A stretch of DNA of 64,000 nt from Octopus vulgaris (taxonomy: Eukaryota): positions 195,362,001 through 195,426,000 of the forward strand of contig OX597815.1 of NCBI GenBank assembly GCA_951406725.2. The letters run 5' to 3'. A model generated the notes under the pieces. It saw only the letters and a list, made by a program, of their open reading frames with translations. It was not told where the DNA came from and did not search any database. Below are positions 12,256 to 28,500 of this stretch, in pieces. Position numbers and translations under genes: made by a program. Numbering within the stretch: position 1 is the stretch's first letter; each line of letters starts with the position of its first letter.

Positions 12256-12565
12256 AGTCGTACATATATATATATATGTATGTGCGTGTAGGTGTGGGTG
12301 TGTATGGGGGAAAACGTGCTCTAGGAAACGGTTTGACTGTCACAGTGACAATATCGTGTGGAACTTCATTAATCTAGGGCCCTGACTGTAACTGGTATTA
12401 CCATACAGGAATTAAATATAAGTAAAATTACGAATAAACGCTGCCATAATTTGACTTATATTGCTAAAACATGATTTAATAAAGTTTAAGTTACATAATC
12501 TTCGATAAATTTTATATATTTTTCAGTATTGCAATAAGATTCAGAAAAATATATTATCTCTCTAA

Positions 12566-13484
<919 letters not shown>

Positions 13485-13744
13485 ATATATTAAGAAGGAC
13501 GTATTATATGAACCAATGTCCAGTGATATGTTGGTAACGGAAAAAAAGGCGTTTTCTAAATATATATGACTGTGGCACTGCTTATTCATATAGCCACAAT
13601 CACAATCCAACAATAAATAAAATGGTAATATACTAATAAAAACCACAAAATTCATAAAATATTCTGACTATTATACATCTTTACCAAATTTGATATATTT
13701 CCAACGTGATTATTTAACATATTTTGTTTTTGTTTTTGTTTTTC

Positions 13745-13952
13745 CAGTTTCAGCTCTTGAGCTGTGGCCATGCTGGGGCACCGCCATTGTGGTGAAAGAG
13801 TACAGCAGGGATCACCACCACCCCCTGCCGGAGCCTCGTAGAGCTTTTAGGTGTTTTCGCTCAATAAACACACACAACGCCCGGTCTGAGAATCGAAACC
13901 GCGATCCTGCGACCGCGAGTCCGCTGCCCTAACCACTAGGCCATTGCGCCTC
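13745..13952 (-). mobile_element. tRNA-derived SINE (family C-like head)
   Basis: Minus-strand head agaggcgcaatggcctagtggttagggcagcggactcgcggtcgcaggatcgcggtttcgattctcagacc (A and B boxes); tail shares gtgccccagcatggccacagc...ctgaaac with family B. Confidence 0.85.
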
Positions 13953-14037
13953 TACTATATATTTTCAACACAACATACAATTAATGGTTATTTAAATGTT
14001 TACTGGATTATGTTTTATATTTTAACTTAATGTGTAC

Positions 14038-14458
14038 TAGCCATATTAAGATGGCTAGTATACTTTACGTTGTCGAGCGCTTACTGTTTACATCTCGCTC
14101 AGAGATTTATTATTGCTCTCAGACCGTTTTTCGAAATCAGTGTCAGTGTTTACTGGAAAAAAAAACATTAAATAGATATTCGCAAACCCGTGATTAGCGT
14201 GTGTTGACAAGATACAATAATCTCGAAACTGCAGTCCATGCGTATCACTTAGGTTTTTGAGAGGGGATGACCTCCCTTTGCGAATATCATTAAGAGGCAC
14301 AGGATTGTGTCTAAAGCCAGCTGGAGGCGATGATCTCCTGGGGCTAAAAAGCTACAGTAACACCTCTCACCCCTAGTGGTTAGCCATATTAAGATGGTTA
14401 GTATACTTTACGTTGTCGGGCGCTTACTGTTTACATCTCGCTCAGAGATTTATTATTG
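14038..14458 (+). mobile_element. 343-bp-period element with 78-bp terminal direct repeats and an internal hammerhead-like motif (retrozyme- or Penelope pLTR-like)
   Basis: 14038-14115 and 14381-14458 differ at 2 of 78 positions; hammerhead-like fold at 14190-14248. Confidence 0.6.
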
Positions 14459-16746
14459 TTTTATATTTTGTTTGCTTTAAAGTGAACAATTTTAACAGGG
14501 TTATATTTTACATACAAAATACTTCGTCAGCTCCCACCCTCACATACAAAACTATTCATCCTATTTGATCGTCTGCAATCTGTTGAAATATTATAATTCG
14601 AATAATAATATAAGCACTGGTGTGGCGAAACAAGCGAGATTTTAACATATTATACGAAGACAAGAGTAGTATATGCCAAAATTCCACTTCCTGAAACATT
14701 AACTGCTATATGTACGTTATGAAGATATTTTCAAATTAGTAATTTTACAATAACTAGATTTTATATGGCAGTCGTTTATAGCATACTATGTATGTCTGAA
14801 ACTTTTGCACTTCAACGAAAAAAGGCAGACATTTCGTCATTTGAGCAGTATTTAGTCAGTTCATATCGAATTATATTTCACTGTGTTTTGTAAAGTTTCT
14901 CAGTACAATTGCTGTTAGCTATTATTTTCACCAAATTGCAAGTTAGCATTATGTTGTGATTTACGTAGTTACATATATACACGCATGCATACATACTTAA
15001 ATACACACACACATATGTATATAGTTCATGTGTATAAATATATATGTGCGTGTCTTTGTGTGTGCTATAATGCCTGTTGCTACATATTGCTGAATGGTAT
15101 TCTGAATATATCTAGCATATGCACCACAAGCACACATACATACATTAATGCATACATACATACAGACAAACATACGTACATACATACATACATAAGAGCT
15201 TTTATATGTGTGTGTACGTCTGTGTTTCAAGTGGACGTACGTTCAATTAGGTGATAGTACTTGTATAAATACTTGACAGTCTGAAAATATTAACAGTTAT
15301 ATCTACGTCTTTGTGGAATCGGAGTGTTTGACGCGATGAAATACTGGGAGAATACATTTCTCAGTATTACAACGGCTTCCTTTTTTCCTACTTTGAATTA
15401 TTTGTGTTTAAAATCTGTTAGTGATTATTCTGTCTCTGCGATAAAATTTTCAAATTAATGATAGGAAAATTGTAAGTCTTCTCTAATTTTGAAATTTCTT
15501 GGTGAAAATTACTGCATTGGATATCAATATTAAACTTCTTACATTCGGTTATTATGATTCATCGATTTTAAAATTGTCACTTAACTCATGTTAAAGGACG
15601 TTGTTATATTAGACGTATTATAGTTTATTTGATAGCTTTGAAACGTATAAATTTTGTTTTATAGCTAATCGTTATGGCTTTTATCTGTGTTGTTGATGAT
15701 CGTTCCTTATAAAACTACAATTAAGATGAAAAGAATGATACTGACTCAAAAATGTATTTCACTTTCAGTCTATTATTTCTTTTTGTCCTTTTCGTTTTCA
15801 GTCATTGGATTGAAACCATGCTGGGGCAACCCCTTGAAGGGCTTAGGCAAAGAAATCGACCCCTCCTACATATTTTTTAGCCTAATACATATTATATTGG
15901 TCCCTTCTTGATTGTCAAGCTAGGGCAGGCACAAACGCAAAGACACCCACTCATAGATACGCACATTTATACATAAATACCATACATAGATATATGTGTG
16001 CGTATGTGTATATATATTAGTAGGGTGTATCTCAGTTTCCGTTGGGAGCTGGCTCACTTGTCGAATGTGCCACGAAACAGAACCCAAAACTGTTTTATTG
16101 AGAAGCATGCTTCTTACCAAGCAAACATAATTGCACCTATTTCTTTTAATAATCACCATGACCTATTCCGTAAATCATAATTATGATTGACGCTGTTTCC
16201 TAGACTCTACGTTCGTTGTTTCACTCCATTATCCCTTAACTATATAACATTAATATAAAACATTAAGACTATACTCTTGAGACAATAAGCTTTCAAATAA
16301 ATAAATCATATCAGCGTATTACCTCCCTTCCCTTATCTTATCACTCCCTTTATCACTCTAAATTTCTTCTCATCTTTCCCTTACGTTTTTAATTTCTATT
16401 AGCGAAGCTGGCCTCTCACTATGTAAAGCTCTTATCCCTGACATCTAGAATATACACTTACGCATACACACCAGACAGACTAGATTAAAATTCACCCTTT
16501 CACAACCACTCACTTATCGCATCTTTACCCTTTCCTCTTCAACACTTACACTCACTTCCATTAATGCAAAGTAGGTAGCTACACGCATATGTATACACAT
16601 ACACACACACACACACAGACATATATATATGAGAGTGTGTGTATACATACATGTACACATACATACATATATATGCATATAAATATATATATATATATTT
16701 ATATATAATCAAAAATAAGCAACAAGAATGGATATACATATATATG

Positions 16747-16787
<41 letters not shown>

Positions 16788-16828
16788 GACACACACACAC
16801 ACATATATATGCACATACACACACACAC

Positions 16829-16866
<38 letters not shown>

Positions 16867-16907
16867 ATATATATATATATACATGTGTGTATATATCTAT
16901 GTATGGT

Positions 16908-17130
16908 GGAGTCGTGGAGGCTAGTGGTTAGGGTGTTGGAGTTATTATCGTAAGATTGTGGTTTCGTTTCATGAACTGAGCGATGCGTTGTGTCCTTGAG
17001 CAGGAAATTTTGTTTCTCGTTTCACAAACTCCTCTCCTCAACTGGCAAAAATAGGGAATTTTACGACGGACATGCATCCCCTCAAGAGACAAGTGTAAGT
17101 TGTAAATGTATACGCTACAGAATCCTGGGA
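16908..17130 (+). mobile_element. Degenerate tRNA-derived SINE (family C-like)
   Basis: ggaggctagtggttagggtgttggag...gtggtttcgtttc...gcgttgtgtccttgagcagg. Confidence 0.72.
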
Positions 17131-17282
17131 ACCATCGCTAACATACTTTTTGACAGATATTATATTCGCATAATCACCAAACCTGGTGCCCTAACTATTG
17201 TCTGTCCATATCACTTACTCAGCATTACCTGACACCTTTGGGTCTTATTTACACCATTACCTCTAATAACCCCCTCTCTCTC

Positions 17283-17374
<92 letters not shown>

Positions 17375-17400
17375 CGTGTGTGTGTGTGCACGTGTATATA

Positions 17401-18637
17401 TTAGGTTGTTCCGAAAATAATGGCCGGTCTAAGTGCTGTGCTGTGCTTTGAAACGTAATTTTATCATATTATTTTAATTATATTTTTGTGAATTTCTACA
17501 TACTTCTAAGTTGATGCATGCTTTTAATACTTTTTTAATTATTTCAGACTGAAAACATTCCTGAAGTAGAGGCGCCCTTAATTTTGAACATGACAAAAAA
17601 AAGACCTGCGTTCAAGCATGGGAACAGAGCCTCCCAAACTGCTGCCAATATCTGCAGAGCATGGAGAGAGGGGTTCGCAAGTGATCACACAGGACGAAGG
17701 TGGTTTCAGAAATTCGGTAGTGTTGATGAGAGACTTCAAGTAGAGGACAGTCAAGCAGTCTTGATAATGAAGAATTGAAAGCAAGGTTTGAACAAAATCC
17801 ACATCAAGGTGTCAGAGAAATGTCTCAGGCACTTGGTATCAGTATTGCAACGCTCTCAGGCAATCTGCAGAAGATTGGTAAGGTAAAAAAAGCTCGATAA
17901 ATAGGTACCGCATGAGCCCAATGAAACTCAAAAGTTCGGCGTTCTGAAGTGTGCACTATGCTCTTTCTGCGAAACACCAATGATCTGTATCTGGACCGAA
18001 TAGTCACTTGTGAAAAGTTGACCCTTTATGAAAACCGTAAACGATCAGGTCAATGGCCTGATCGTGAAGAGTCCCCCAAATATTTCCCAAAGCCAAAGCT
18101 GCATCAGTAAAATATTATCATAATTGTATGGTGGTCTGCAATTGGTGTTGTCCATTACAGCTTTCTGGAAGCAAATCATGGCATTACAGAAGAGGTTTTA
18201 CTGCAATCAACTCGTTGAAATGCACGCTCAGTTACAAAAAGATGAGACCCCCATTGGTGAATCGGTATGCTCTAATTCTGCTCCACGATAATGTAAAACC
18301 ACATGTTGCAAGAATGATTTGAAATACGAGACTTTGCCACATCCTTCATATCATCCTGATCTTTCCCCCACTGACTACCATTTTAAATCATTTAAACACG
18401 TTTTCAACTGATACAACTTTCATATCCAAAACAGAGGTGGAATCAGATTTCAAAGATTTCTTAGCATCAAAGCCGATAACTTTTCATCAACGAGGCATAA
18501 ATGATCTCGTTGATCGGTGGGAGAGACGCATAGATGTTCAGGGCGCATACTTTGACCAATGAAAACATTCCTATTGTTATTTTTTCCAGTATAAAATTAT
18601 GTGTCTGAAATCGGCCATTATTTTCGGAACAACCTGA
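17401..18637 (+). mobile_element. Full-length mariner element (1237 bp), inactive
   Basis: 26-bp TIRs TTAGGTTGTTCCGAAAATAATGGCCG, 25/26 identical (17401-17426, 18612-18637); TA dinucleotides on both sides (17399-17400, 18638-18639). Confidence 0.96.
17590..18562 (+). pseudogene. Mariner transposase pseudogene (resembles Hsmar1/cecropia-type sequences)
   Basis: Fragments FKHGNRASQTAANICRAW...RRWFQKF, *VPHE, LDRIVTCE, FPKPKLHQ, LLHDNVKPHVA, LPHPSYHPDLSPTDYHF and YFDQ*; many stops and frameshifts. Confidence 0.92.
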
Positions 18638-21600
18638 TAATAGGAAAAACTGAAATTTTAGTAGTTGTTACAGCATCACAGGAAGGAAATAAGTTTATTT
18701 TATTTCCATTCGGTGGTGGAGTATTTGATAGTATAAGAGATTATGATGAGGTAACGGAATAATAAAAGATCAAATTTAACACCAAGAGAGGCAGGTCGAT
18801 GATGTTTAAATGCATTGCAGCGTGGTAGACGACTGCTGTGTAAAGTTGCTCGAGATCTTATTTGGTTCGAGTTAAAATTTCGAGACAAACAGAAGTGAGA
18901 CGTGGAGTAGACTAACATGTTACAATACTGTTATATCGCAATACTACACAGTGGCTGTGTGAGCTACGAAATCCTCATCGCCACTGTTATGTCGCACGTT
19001 CGAATGCCTTCTACTGCCCAACTCTACTTCACTCTGTTCTAGTCTACCGACTGCTACTCAACTGTGCTCTATTCTCAAGTCTACGTCATCTAGACTTCTC
19101 CCTCTATATATACGTATTGGGCTAGTCTACTTCGTCGTTTGGGGGCGTCCACGCAACAAATACGTAATAGGCCAATGTGAATCTATCACCGAGAAGTCGA
19201 GCTGGTGTTATTTATTACAACACGGCTTTCATATCTTGCTCAGTGTATTTCACCAAACTAAAGTGTCTGGATTTCTGCATTTCCTGAAGTGATGCTTTCC
19301 ATTTGTCAGGCACCTTATATGGAAGAATGTGTAATCTATGGTTGATGATATTCTGGTATGCTCCGAGATTGCTACATCTCTGCAGTTTCCTGACGGTGAA
19401 CAACTTCAATCAAAAAACAGGTAGATGGGATTTCTCTAGCTTGTTACTTTAACAGTACTGCAGTCTTTGATTAAATAAAAACCAAGGAATGGCAGAGGAG
19501 TTTGATATTTGAAATGTCGTGAATACCTCACAGCTATCTCCAAATTGGGCACAGTGTCAGGTGGGTGCACCACATAAGTGTTCTTTACAGGTTTAACTAA
19601 GTTCTCAGAGAACAGGTGCATAGAGTCACGTGGGAGAACAGCCAACGGCAGTCGATTTTATGAAACAGAGTTTTAGGAGTAATGTTCACCTCGATGGAAC
19701 ATGATCTCAGAAACTAAAGATCTGGGAAAATACCTCATTGTATTTATCCGACAATTGAAAGGTTTTGTTAATTCACAAAGTTCTTTTATGAACCTAATGT
19801 ACCAATATATAGTTCACCTGGTTACAACGGAAAATTTGCTAGTACGCATTGTAGGTCGGTATTTTCGCAATGTGGAATTATTGCAGTGTGACATTTCCCA
19901 GGATGGTATTTCCGTCAGTGTCCTTAAATAGAACGAAACTAAAGAAACCGGTCAGATATACTGCACGCATTCTTATATTTCAGACCTTCAAAATATCACA
20001 CGTTCTAATACTAACTACAGATATTTGGCTGCTTTTAACAAGCTCCACCCTGCGAGAAGCATTTGGACCATTTGAACCAACAGCTTTCAATTTAAACCAA
20101 CAGATGCAAATATGCTAATAAAAATGCATAGGGACGACTCCTCTTTGTATGGCTAGTAAGAAGAGAAAAACAAAAACATCTACTTTTAGTTTAATATATA
20201 TCGAATATTCACAATATGCAATATTGAATTATCCGTTTACATTTATTATTCCAGTTAACACAAACGGTGTTTCCACAATTGTCAACTTTAGAGTAATGTA
20301 GAATCCTTCTAATTTTCTGTTATTAGTTACAACTATCATAATATAAGGAACATGTCAGTCGGATTTGATTTTCAATAAATGTATCAATATTAAGTTTGGA
20401 ATCGTTATATCTTAATTACAATGACTGTGTATTGGATAGTTAAAATTGCATAACGATTCATATAAGGAATTGCCTGTGAACAACCAATCATTTTTATGTA
20501 GCATATTAAATATAAACTTGATATAGCTATATTTCCAGCTATTTTCGGCAGGAAGAGTTGAATGATATTATAAAAACCTTTCATCTAAAATGACCACATA
20601 TATATGTAAAGTGTCGAAACGTGAGTAGTTATCAATATTCCTTTTGAACAGATGTATGTGTACATGTTTGCACCTGTCTACTCCTCTCTGAATGAACAGG
20701 ATATGTTTGCTTATATACTTAAATGGTGGCTGGTATATAAATTATTCAAACTTGATGTCTGCCTTTATTGTGTATTATACATTATGTGTTTGTTTTTTTT
20801 TCTGCAAAGATTTGTTGATACTGTGTTGAGTTTTAAAGATTTGCTGTCTTTTTCATGGTGTTCCATCACTTATGTTGGTATCACCTGCTGTCTATTCATT
20901 CTTAATAATTTGGACATCAATATCCAGTTAATGGAATCAAACATTTGTTTATATCATTGGAATCGACAAATAAAATCTCGCTTTCTTTCGATAATTCTTT
21001 CACAATAGGCTACCGATTGGTATTGATTTAAGACTAGGCTTTTTCATCACTAACAGTGTTATTATTGGACAGAGGAACATAGCATCACGTTTTGAATCGA
21101 ATGAAGAAATGTATTTCCCTTTGATAAATGTAACCAATAAAAAGTTTAACAAAATATATATGTAAGCTCCGTTATGAATCTATAATAATATTCACATTCT
21201 CTCGATTGTGGCATTTAATAAATGTTGTTAAAATATAATGCTGCTATGTAAAGAAATACAATGAGTTAAAAGCTTAGTAAAATATATGTTCTAGCTTGGC
21301 CGCCTATAAAACTTACATGAATCCTAGACATGTTATTTTCTAGTTCTACTATCCCTTTGTATATTAGAGGTCTATGTTTTAAAGATGATGTTCTTCCACA
21401 AGTCGTTCCTGATCAAGATAATACAGCTGTGAATGAAAAAAAAATCTACAAGTCACCATCTGGAACTTTAGTGAAAAATAGAAATATCTCATAGGCACTG
21501 GAATTCAAACTTTGTGATTTGAACGACTTTTGACTGCATCGATGCCTCTGAAAAATAGAAATAATTTAATACGATTAATGTAATATAAAATTTAATATAA

Positions 21601-22092
21601 TATATTGTACCTGTCAAAAAGATATTGATTTTCTCTCAGTAAAAACTAATATATTTTGGTTTTGATATGTAAAAGCGCTTCCATCTTTGTAGTATATTCC
21701 AAATTGCATACTTAAATATTTCTAATCATGACACTCTAGAGTGAGTCGGATATTTTAGATCAAAAGTAATTACGTAGATTTAAAGACAAAGATGTGTTTA
21801 TTATGCGTAACTAAATGTGAAGGAAAGCGAAATGAAATTGCTAAAAAAAAACAAAAAAATGTAACATAAAAAAATACAGCAATATCATTGTTAGAGTCGA
21901 GTTAATTAGGGCGTATATAGATTATATGGATAGCATCGTTTAATGTTCATGGGAAATTTGCTGATGTTAATTGGATCTACTTACTGAGGGACTGCATTTT
22001 ACACGGAGGCCAAGTGAATTCGTCGCCTAATTTGTGTGTATGCATGAATATATATATGTATGTATGACTATATATATATATATATAAATACA

Positions 22093-22136
<44 letters not shown>

Positions 22137-22311
22137 CACACATCAAGTATTCACCCTGAATTTATTGTACCTATACATACACACACACACATATATATAT
22201 TATGTATATATACATGAATATATATATAGGTATAAATGCATGTATGTCTGTGTGTATATTTGTGTGTGTGTACGTGTGTGTGTGCATGTATATTGCCTTT
22301 TGTTTTTATTT

Positions 22312-23134
<823 letters not shown>

Positions 23135-25042
23135 AAATACATGTGTCCGCGCGCGTGAGTCTGTGTGTGTATAATGCTGTGCTGCGCAGTGCATCTGAGT
23201 AATTGGACGATGAAGATGCAATTGTTCGATTAATGACGTAGTCTGAATTGATTAATAAGTGGCTGAATAAGCCCTCAGAAAGCTATCCTTTAATTTGTTC
23301 TCCGGCAGTATCAGCAAGGGCAGATTGTGCGACAATATGCAGTTACTTTTTCCACAAGGTATGGTTCCACCCGAGTTTATAAATAAATGACATCTAGGTA
23401 AGACTCCACACATTGACCCGTTTATCTCATGTTTGCAATCAAATCTCCTTACCTAGTCGGCTATAGTTAGACTCCGTGTCACGTGTAGCATGAAATATTT
23501 ACATGAAGCAATACATTGCCTAGAAATGAACACAGAATTATATTGAACTTATGCTTCACAAGACTTTGATATGAAGTATTAAAGTTCATGGTTTGAAGAA
23601 ATGACTTCGCTGCAAGAGTATTAAACCTGTTAACACTGGATATAATAATTTTCAAACGTAGCTGCTTGGATATCCTTTCAGATTTTTCGTAATGAATCTA
23701 ACCGTCGTCGGCGGTTTCAATTATGCAAGAATTTTAATTCGTTCCTACCTGAGCGGTTTTTTCAGGTTGACAGCATTGATGACTGAGAAAACAGATTACT
23801 GCATAAAAGAACCAGGCATAAAGACGGCAAAGAAATGTTGGAGGTGTATCTATTGCTGAAGAACTTCACACTATTTTCTAATTTTTATTCAATTATTTTA
23901 TTCGACACCTAATATAAAACATGGTAAGAATGCTAATAGAATTACGTTAGCTGAAACGATTCTCAAGTTCATTTTCTCATATTTATATGCTCATGTTAAT
24001 CATTATGAAAGCAGACATTATCTGCTGTGTTAATAGTGAAAAGAACATATTTCTGGCCTTATCCCTTTTGTTAATTCATTGCAAAGAATTCGACTAGTAA
24101 ATCTCTCTTCTGTTTTAACGACATGCTTCGAAAGTTGACTTTGTATATGGGACGATATTCTTGGCTTTGTTATAACATTATTTTGTCGTTTAAGGTAGCA
24201 CGAAACATTTGAATTATGCATGTTACACAAATTTACAATAATGTTGCAATGGCGGTAATTTGACAGTTTTTGATAGATGCTTAAGTTACGCGATGTTAAA
24301 AACCATTTCGATCAGATTTTCAAAAGTTGAATGAGTTGAAGTAATTATTTGTTCCACATACTTCACGTAATTAGATTTGTTCGAAAGAATACTTCAAAAA
24401 GACGGAAGGTGATGAAATTAATTTAAAGTGGTATCAGAGACAATAAGGTTGAAATCAAGAATTCTAGTATCGTTGAAAATGCACTGGCAAAAATGTTAAC
24501 AAGCTGACGGAGATTGGATTATATGAGAAAGTGAGTAGCGTTCTCATCCGCGAATCGACGCCTGCATATGCACTGGATATCTATAGATCCATGAGCGCAA
24601 TGAATAGCCTAATGAGAGTAAAATATCGTTGCCGAAAGTGCATGTGTAGAGGAGTTAGCACTGATACAATCCTGCTATAATGAATAGCTAAGTTTGCGAA
24701 AAGTATTTAGTCACTCAAAAGGTCAGAGAAACTTTCAGGTGTAATATTTGCTGCATCGTCAAAATATATTTTCAAGTCGGAGAATTTAAAGTTAGCGTCT
24801 TATAAAGCTAGATGTATAAATCATAAAAGTGAAGAACAATTCGTTACTGGGCAGTTTAGCTTAAAGACAAAGCACTTGACGCGTACTGGCAGGGATTAGA
24901 ATCTCTTGGCTGGCCGGTAACGATTTTTTCTGCAATATATGAATATTTTATCATGCTAATACTATTGTATTAGCATTATCATGTGTTTGAGAATAAATTA
25001 TTTCTGTATCTATCAGTACATCTCAACACTTCATATAAAGCA

Positions 25043-25246
<204 letters not shown>

Positions 25247-25250
25247 TATG

Positions 25251-25535
25251 CAAATAGTTTATAATTATAAACATAATTATAATGAGGGTTCGGCTAATTG
25301 CTTCACCACATACCGAATTTAAAAACAGGAGTCAAAGATTTTTTTCTACTCCTCTAATGCTGGTCGTGTTGATTCATTGTTTTTCTCTTTGCCTACATAA
25401 AAAAGTACGTTACTGTCACGGAGATTCTTTACAGTAGTAGAAAAGGAATTTTTAACTCCTTTTCTAAATTCGGTATGTGGTGAAGCAATTAGCTGAACCC
25501 TAATTATAATTATGTTTATAATTATAAAATATTTG
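25251..25535. mobile_element. MITE-like foldback element with ~95-bp imperfect TIRs
   Basis: gggttcggctaattgcttcaccacataccgaattt (25286-25320) is the near reverse complement of aaattcggtatgtggtgaagcaattagctgaaccc (25466-25500); pairing extends outward through the ataattataaac tracts. Confidence 0.75.
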
Positions 25536-28500
25536 TGCAATTTTACCTATAAAGGTTATTTTAACGTACCGATCTCCTTGTGAAAATTATTAATTAATTA
25601 ATTGATTGATTAATTAATTTAATTGATAAATTTTACTCTTTTATTATCAATATATATAGGGGTTGCGGGAACGCATTCCCACCCAAACACGCACATTTAT
25701 ACGTAACTCGTCTTTGTGGTTGTACAGATTCCTTGCAAACGAGAGACAGCTTAACGAATATTCATTCCTTCTTCAATGGCCCTATATGTGCATTGTTTAA
25801 TATTTATAACATTAAATTAAATTATGTTTTAACAGTAATTGAATTAAACCTCTGATACTATATGGAAAACTTTGTTTTTGCATTTTTTAAACATTTTTCT
25901 TCGTTTGAAATTAATTAGTAATGTAATTACCATATTGCAATTGATAAAATTTAACGAAAAAGTAGGAGGAATTTTAGACTTAGTTATGGATAATTATAAC
26001 AAAGTAAAATGGCTTGCTTTATTAAGAATTAAATTGTAGAGGTGATAGTAAATGCACGTTCATGCAAACAGTTCTATATTCAAATGTTTTATTTTTAAAA
26101 AAAATTATTCAAAATAGAGGCAGCACTCAATTGATTTCTCCTTATCATATTCAGTGCGTAACAAGATCTTATATTACAACGAACAAGCAGCAATCTCAGT
26201 AATTATAGCTCCGCTGGGGATTTACTCTAGTGAATTTTAACTACTCATTTAGGTAAGCACCACCATATGTGCTAACACTATGGGCGCAGATAGTTGTTTC
26301 ATTTTACACAATAAGCACTGAAAGCAAGTGTCGTTGACGTAAATTCTAATTTCGTTATCTAATGAGATTCATTCACTTCCAGTTAAATCCAACATTAAGA
26401 TCGGCATCGATAATTTCGATGCAACCTGATTACAATCCTTCTCGGTTTTCAAAATAATAAATGAAATCAAGCATTCGTTGAAAGCCTTTCGACATCGATG
26501 TCTGTGAGTAAACATCATTAAAATGGAATGGTAGGTCATTAAATGTGACATGGAAGCAAAAGATTAATGATCTCGCCTAATATTTATTGAATATACTTAG
26601 CTTAGAATTATTTTATCGCCATTATTTTAACAATAATTGTGACAGGGTTATCATCAAACCAAAGAAAGCCAATAATAGGCCAATATAATTTGAAAATCAA
26701 TTATAATTAATTTAGTAAAATATATTCATCTCTCTGTCTTTCTTCTTCCACCAAACTGACTTTCTCTCTCTCTGTCTCTGTATGTCTGACTCTCTGTCTC
26801 TCTAACTCCGTGGAATTGTAGACTCAATAATTAATTAGTTCATTATATGATTTGTTGGTATCACTGTTACTACAAACTAATATTTAATTAGAAAGTGCAT
26901 GGTAATTATATGAGTAAACAAACGACATGACCAAAATTAAAACTAGAGAAGTTTGCGCTGGCCAAATAAAAGTATTATTGTACACTGCCTGTGGACAGAC
27001 AGAGCAATAAGCTATCAGCTACAAGGCTTCTATCGAGGTAACTCTTTCTTTAACAGAAAATTGGTTGAAATTGTACAACAAATTTAGAAGATTGAATTTG
27101 TTCTGTAATTCTGCAGGTACTGTAATTAGTTCTGTAATTCTGCAAGTACTTCAAACCAATTTGAATACTAGCAATCATTCGGGATACTAAAGGATATATT
27201 CTATCCAAAATGACTGAATTTAATTACAAGCTGTCAATCGGATCTCTTGAAGAATAGTTTGTTATACTTTTTCCAGTGTATCAGTTAGCAGTTAATGGTG
27301 TCTATCATAGCGTGGGAAAGAAGACATGTTCGTTATTCGGTTCATAACATACACTCGCAAAGGACTTTGTTCGTAAAACAACTTATATCCACTTTTCTCG
27401 ACGGTGTGAATATCTTATTTGAGCTCTATATAATTCTATTACGAGAGTATTCGTCAATTACAACATATAGAAGATATTTCAAACCGTCAGGCAATGCTAT
27501 TCTGGCATGTGTAAACAAGTAATTACGGAGTGAATTCTTTAATGTAAATAACATTTGTTGTGCTGTATACTTGTAAAAAGTGGTATTTGTTTTAATAATT
27601 AGGTTGGGTTTATGGTTTTTCACCGATTTTTCCTTATAAAATATATATTTCTGACAAATATTGATTACAATTACCGATGATCTGGTCGTGTGAATGCATG
27701 TGAAAAGGATTAAAAATGAAAATAAGGTTCAAAGATAAAACAAGTTGCAAATATTTGCGATGGATTTGTGAATGTAATTTGAGCCCAGATATGGGTTTTG
27801 TTATGAAGTCACAATGGGTGAACTGATGATTCTGATCTTTCCTTGTATTGCACAAATGTGATTTGTCTCTTGATAACAGAATATATTTATGCTACTGTAC
27901 TGTTTCTTCAGCTCAAATTGCTAAGTGCATCATGGCACATTTTACGCCATGCAAATATTTTTAGGCAATGACTTTCCCAAGAGGTCAAATTAAACTGTTG
28001 AGATTTCAGTGATCGCTTCAACTTATTCTTATACCGAATGATGAGTTTTATTTTACCGTAGAATCCTCCTGCTTGTTAGCCATACAGTGGTTTTATTTTA
28101 GAATGTGATTATCTTTCATTCGGACAAAATGTCCTATACATCTGCACTAAAATGTCATGTTTTTGACACTGGAGATATCACATTTTGTCGAAGGTTTCAA
28201 CATATGATATCCTATTTGCCATTTTATGTTGCCGTTATTGCGCATATAGTACATGTGAAAGGTGTTAAGTTTCTTTATATGTTTATAATGGGGTCTCCAT
28301 GCTTCTGCTCCAGGGCTTAAATTACAAGATTTTATATACACTTATTTTAAGGAACATTACATAATATTATTTCTGATTTGTCGGTCTCGCTATTTGTTTG
28401 TATCTATATCTATCCAGCTTTCTTTCAAACCTGCCCCCACCACATCACAAATCTTGACGCATAATAAGCTTCCATCGCGCTGTTCATTCGAAATGCTTTC

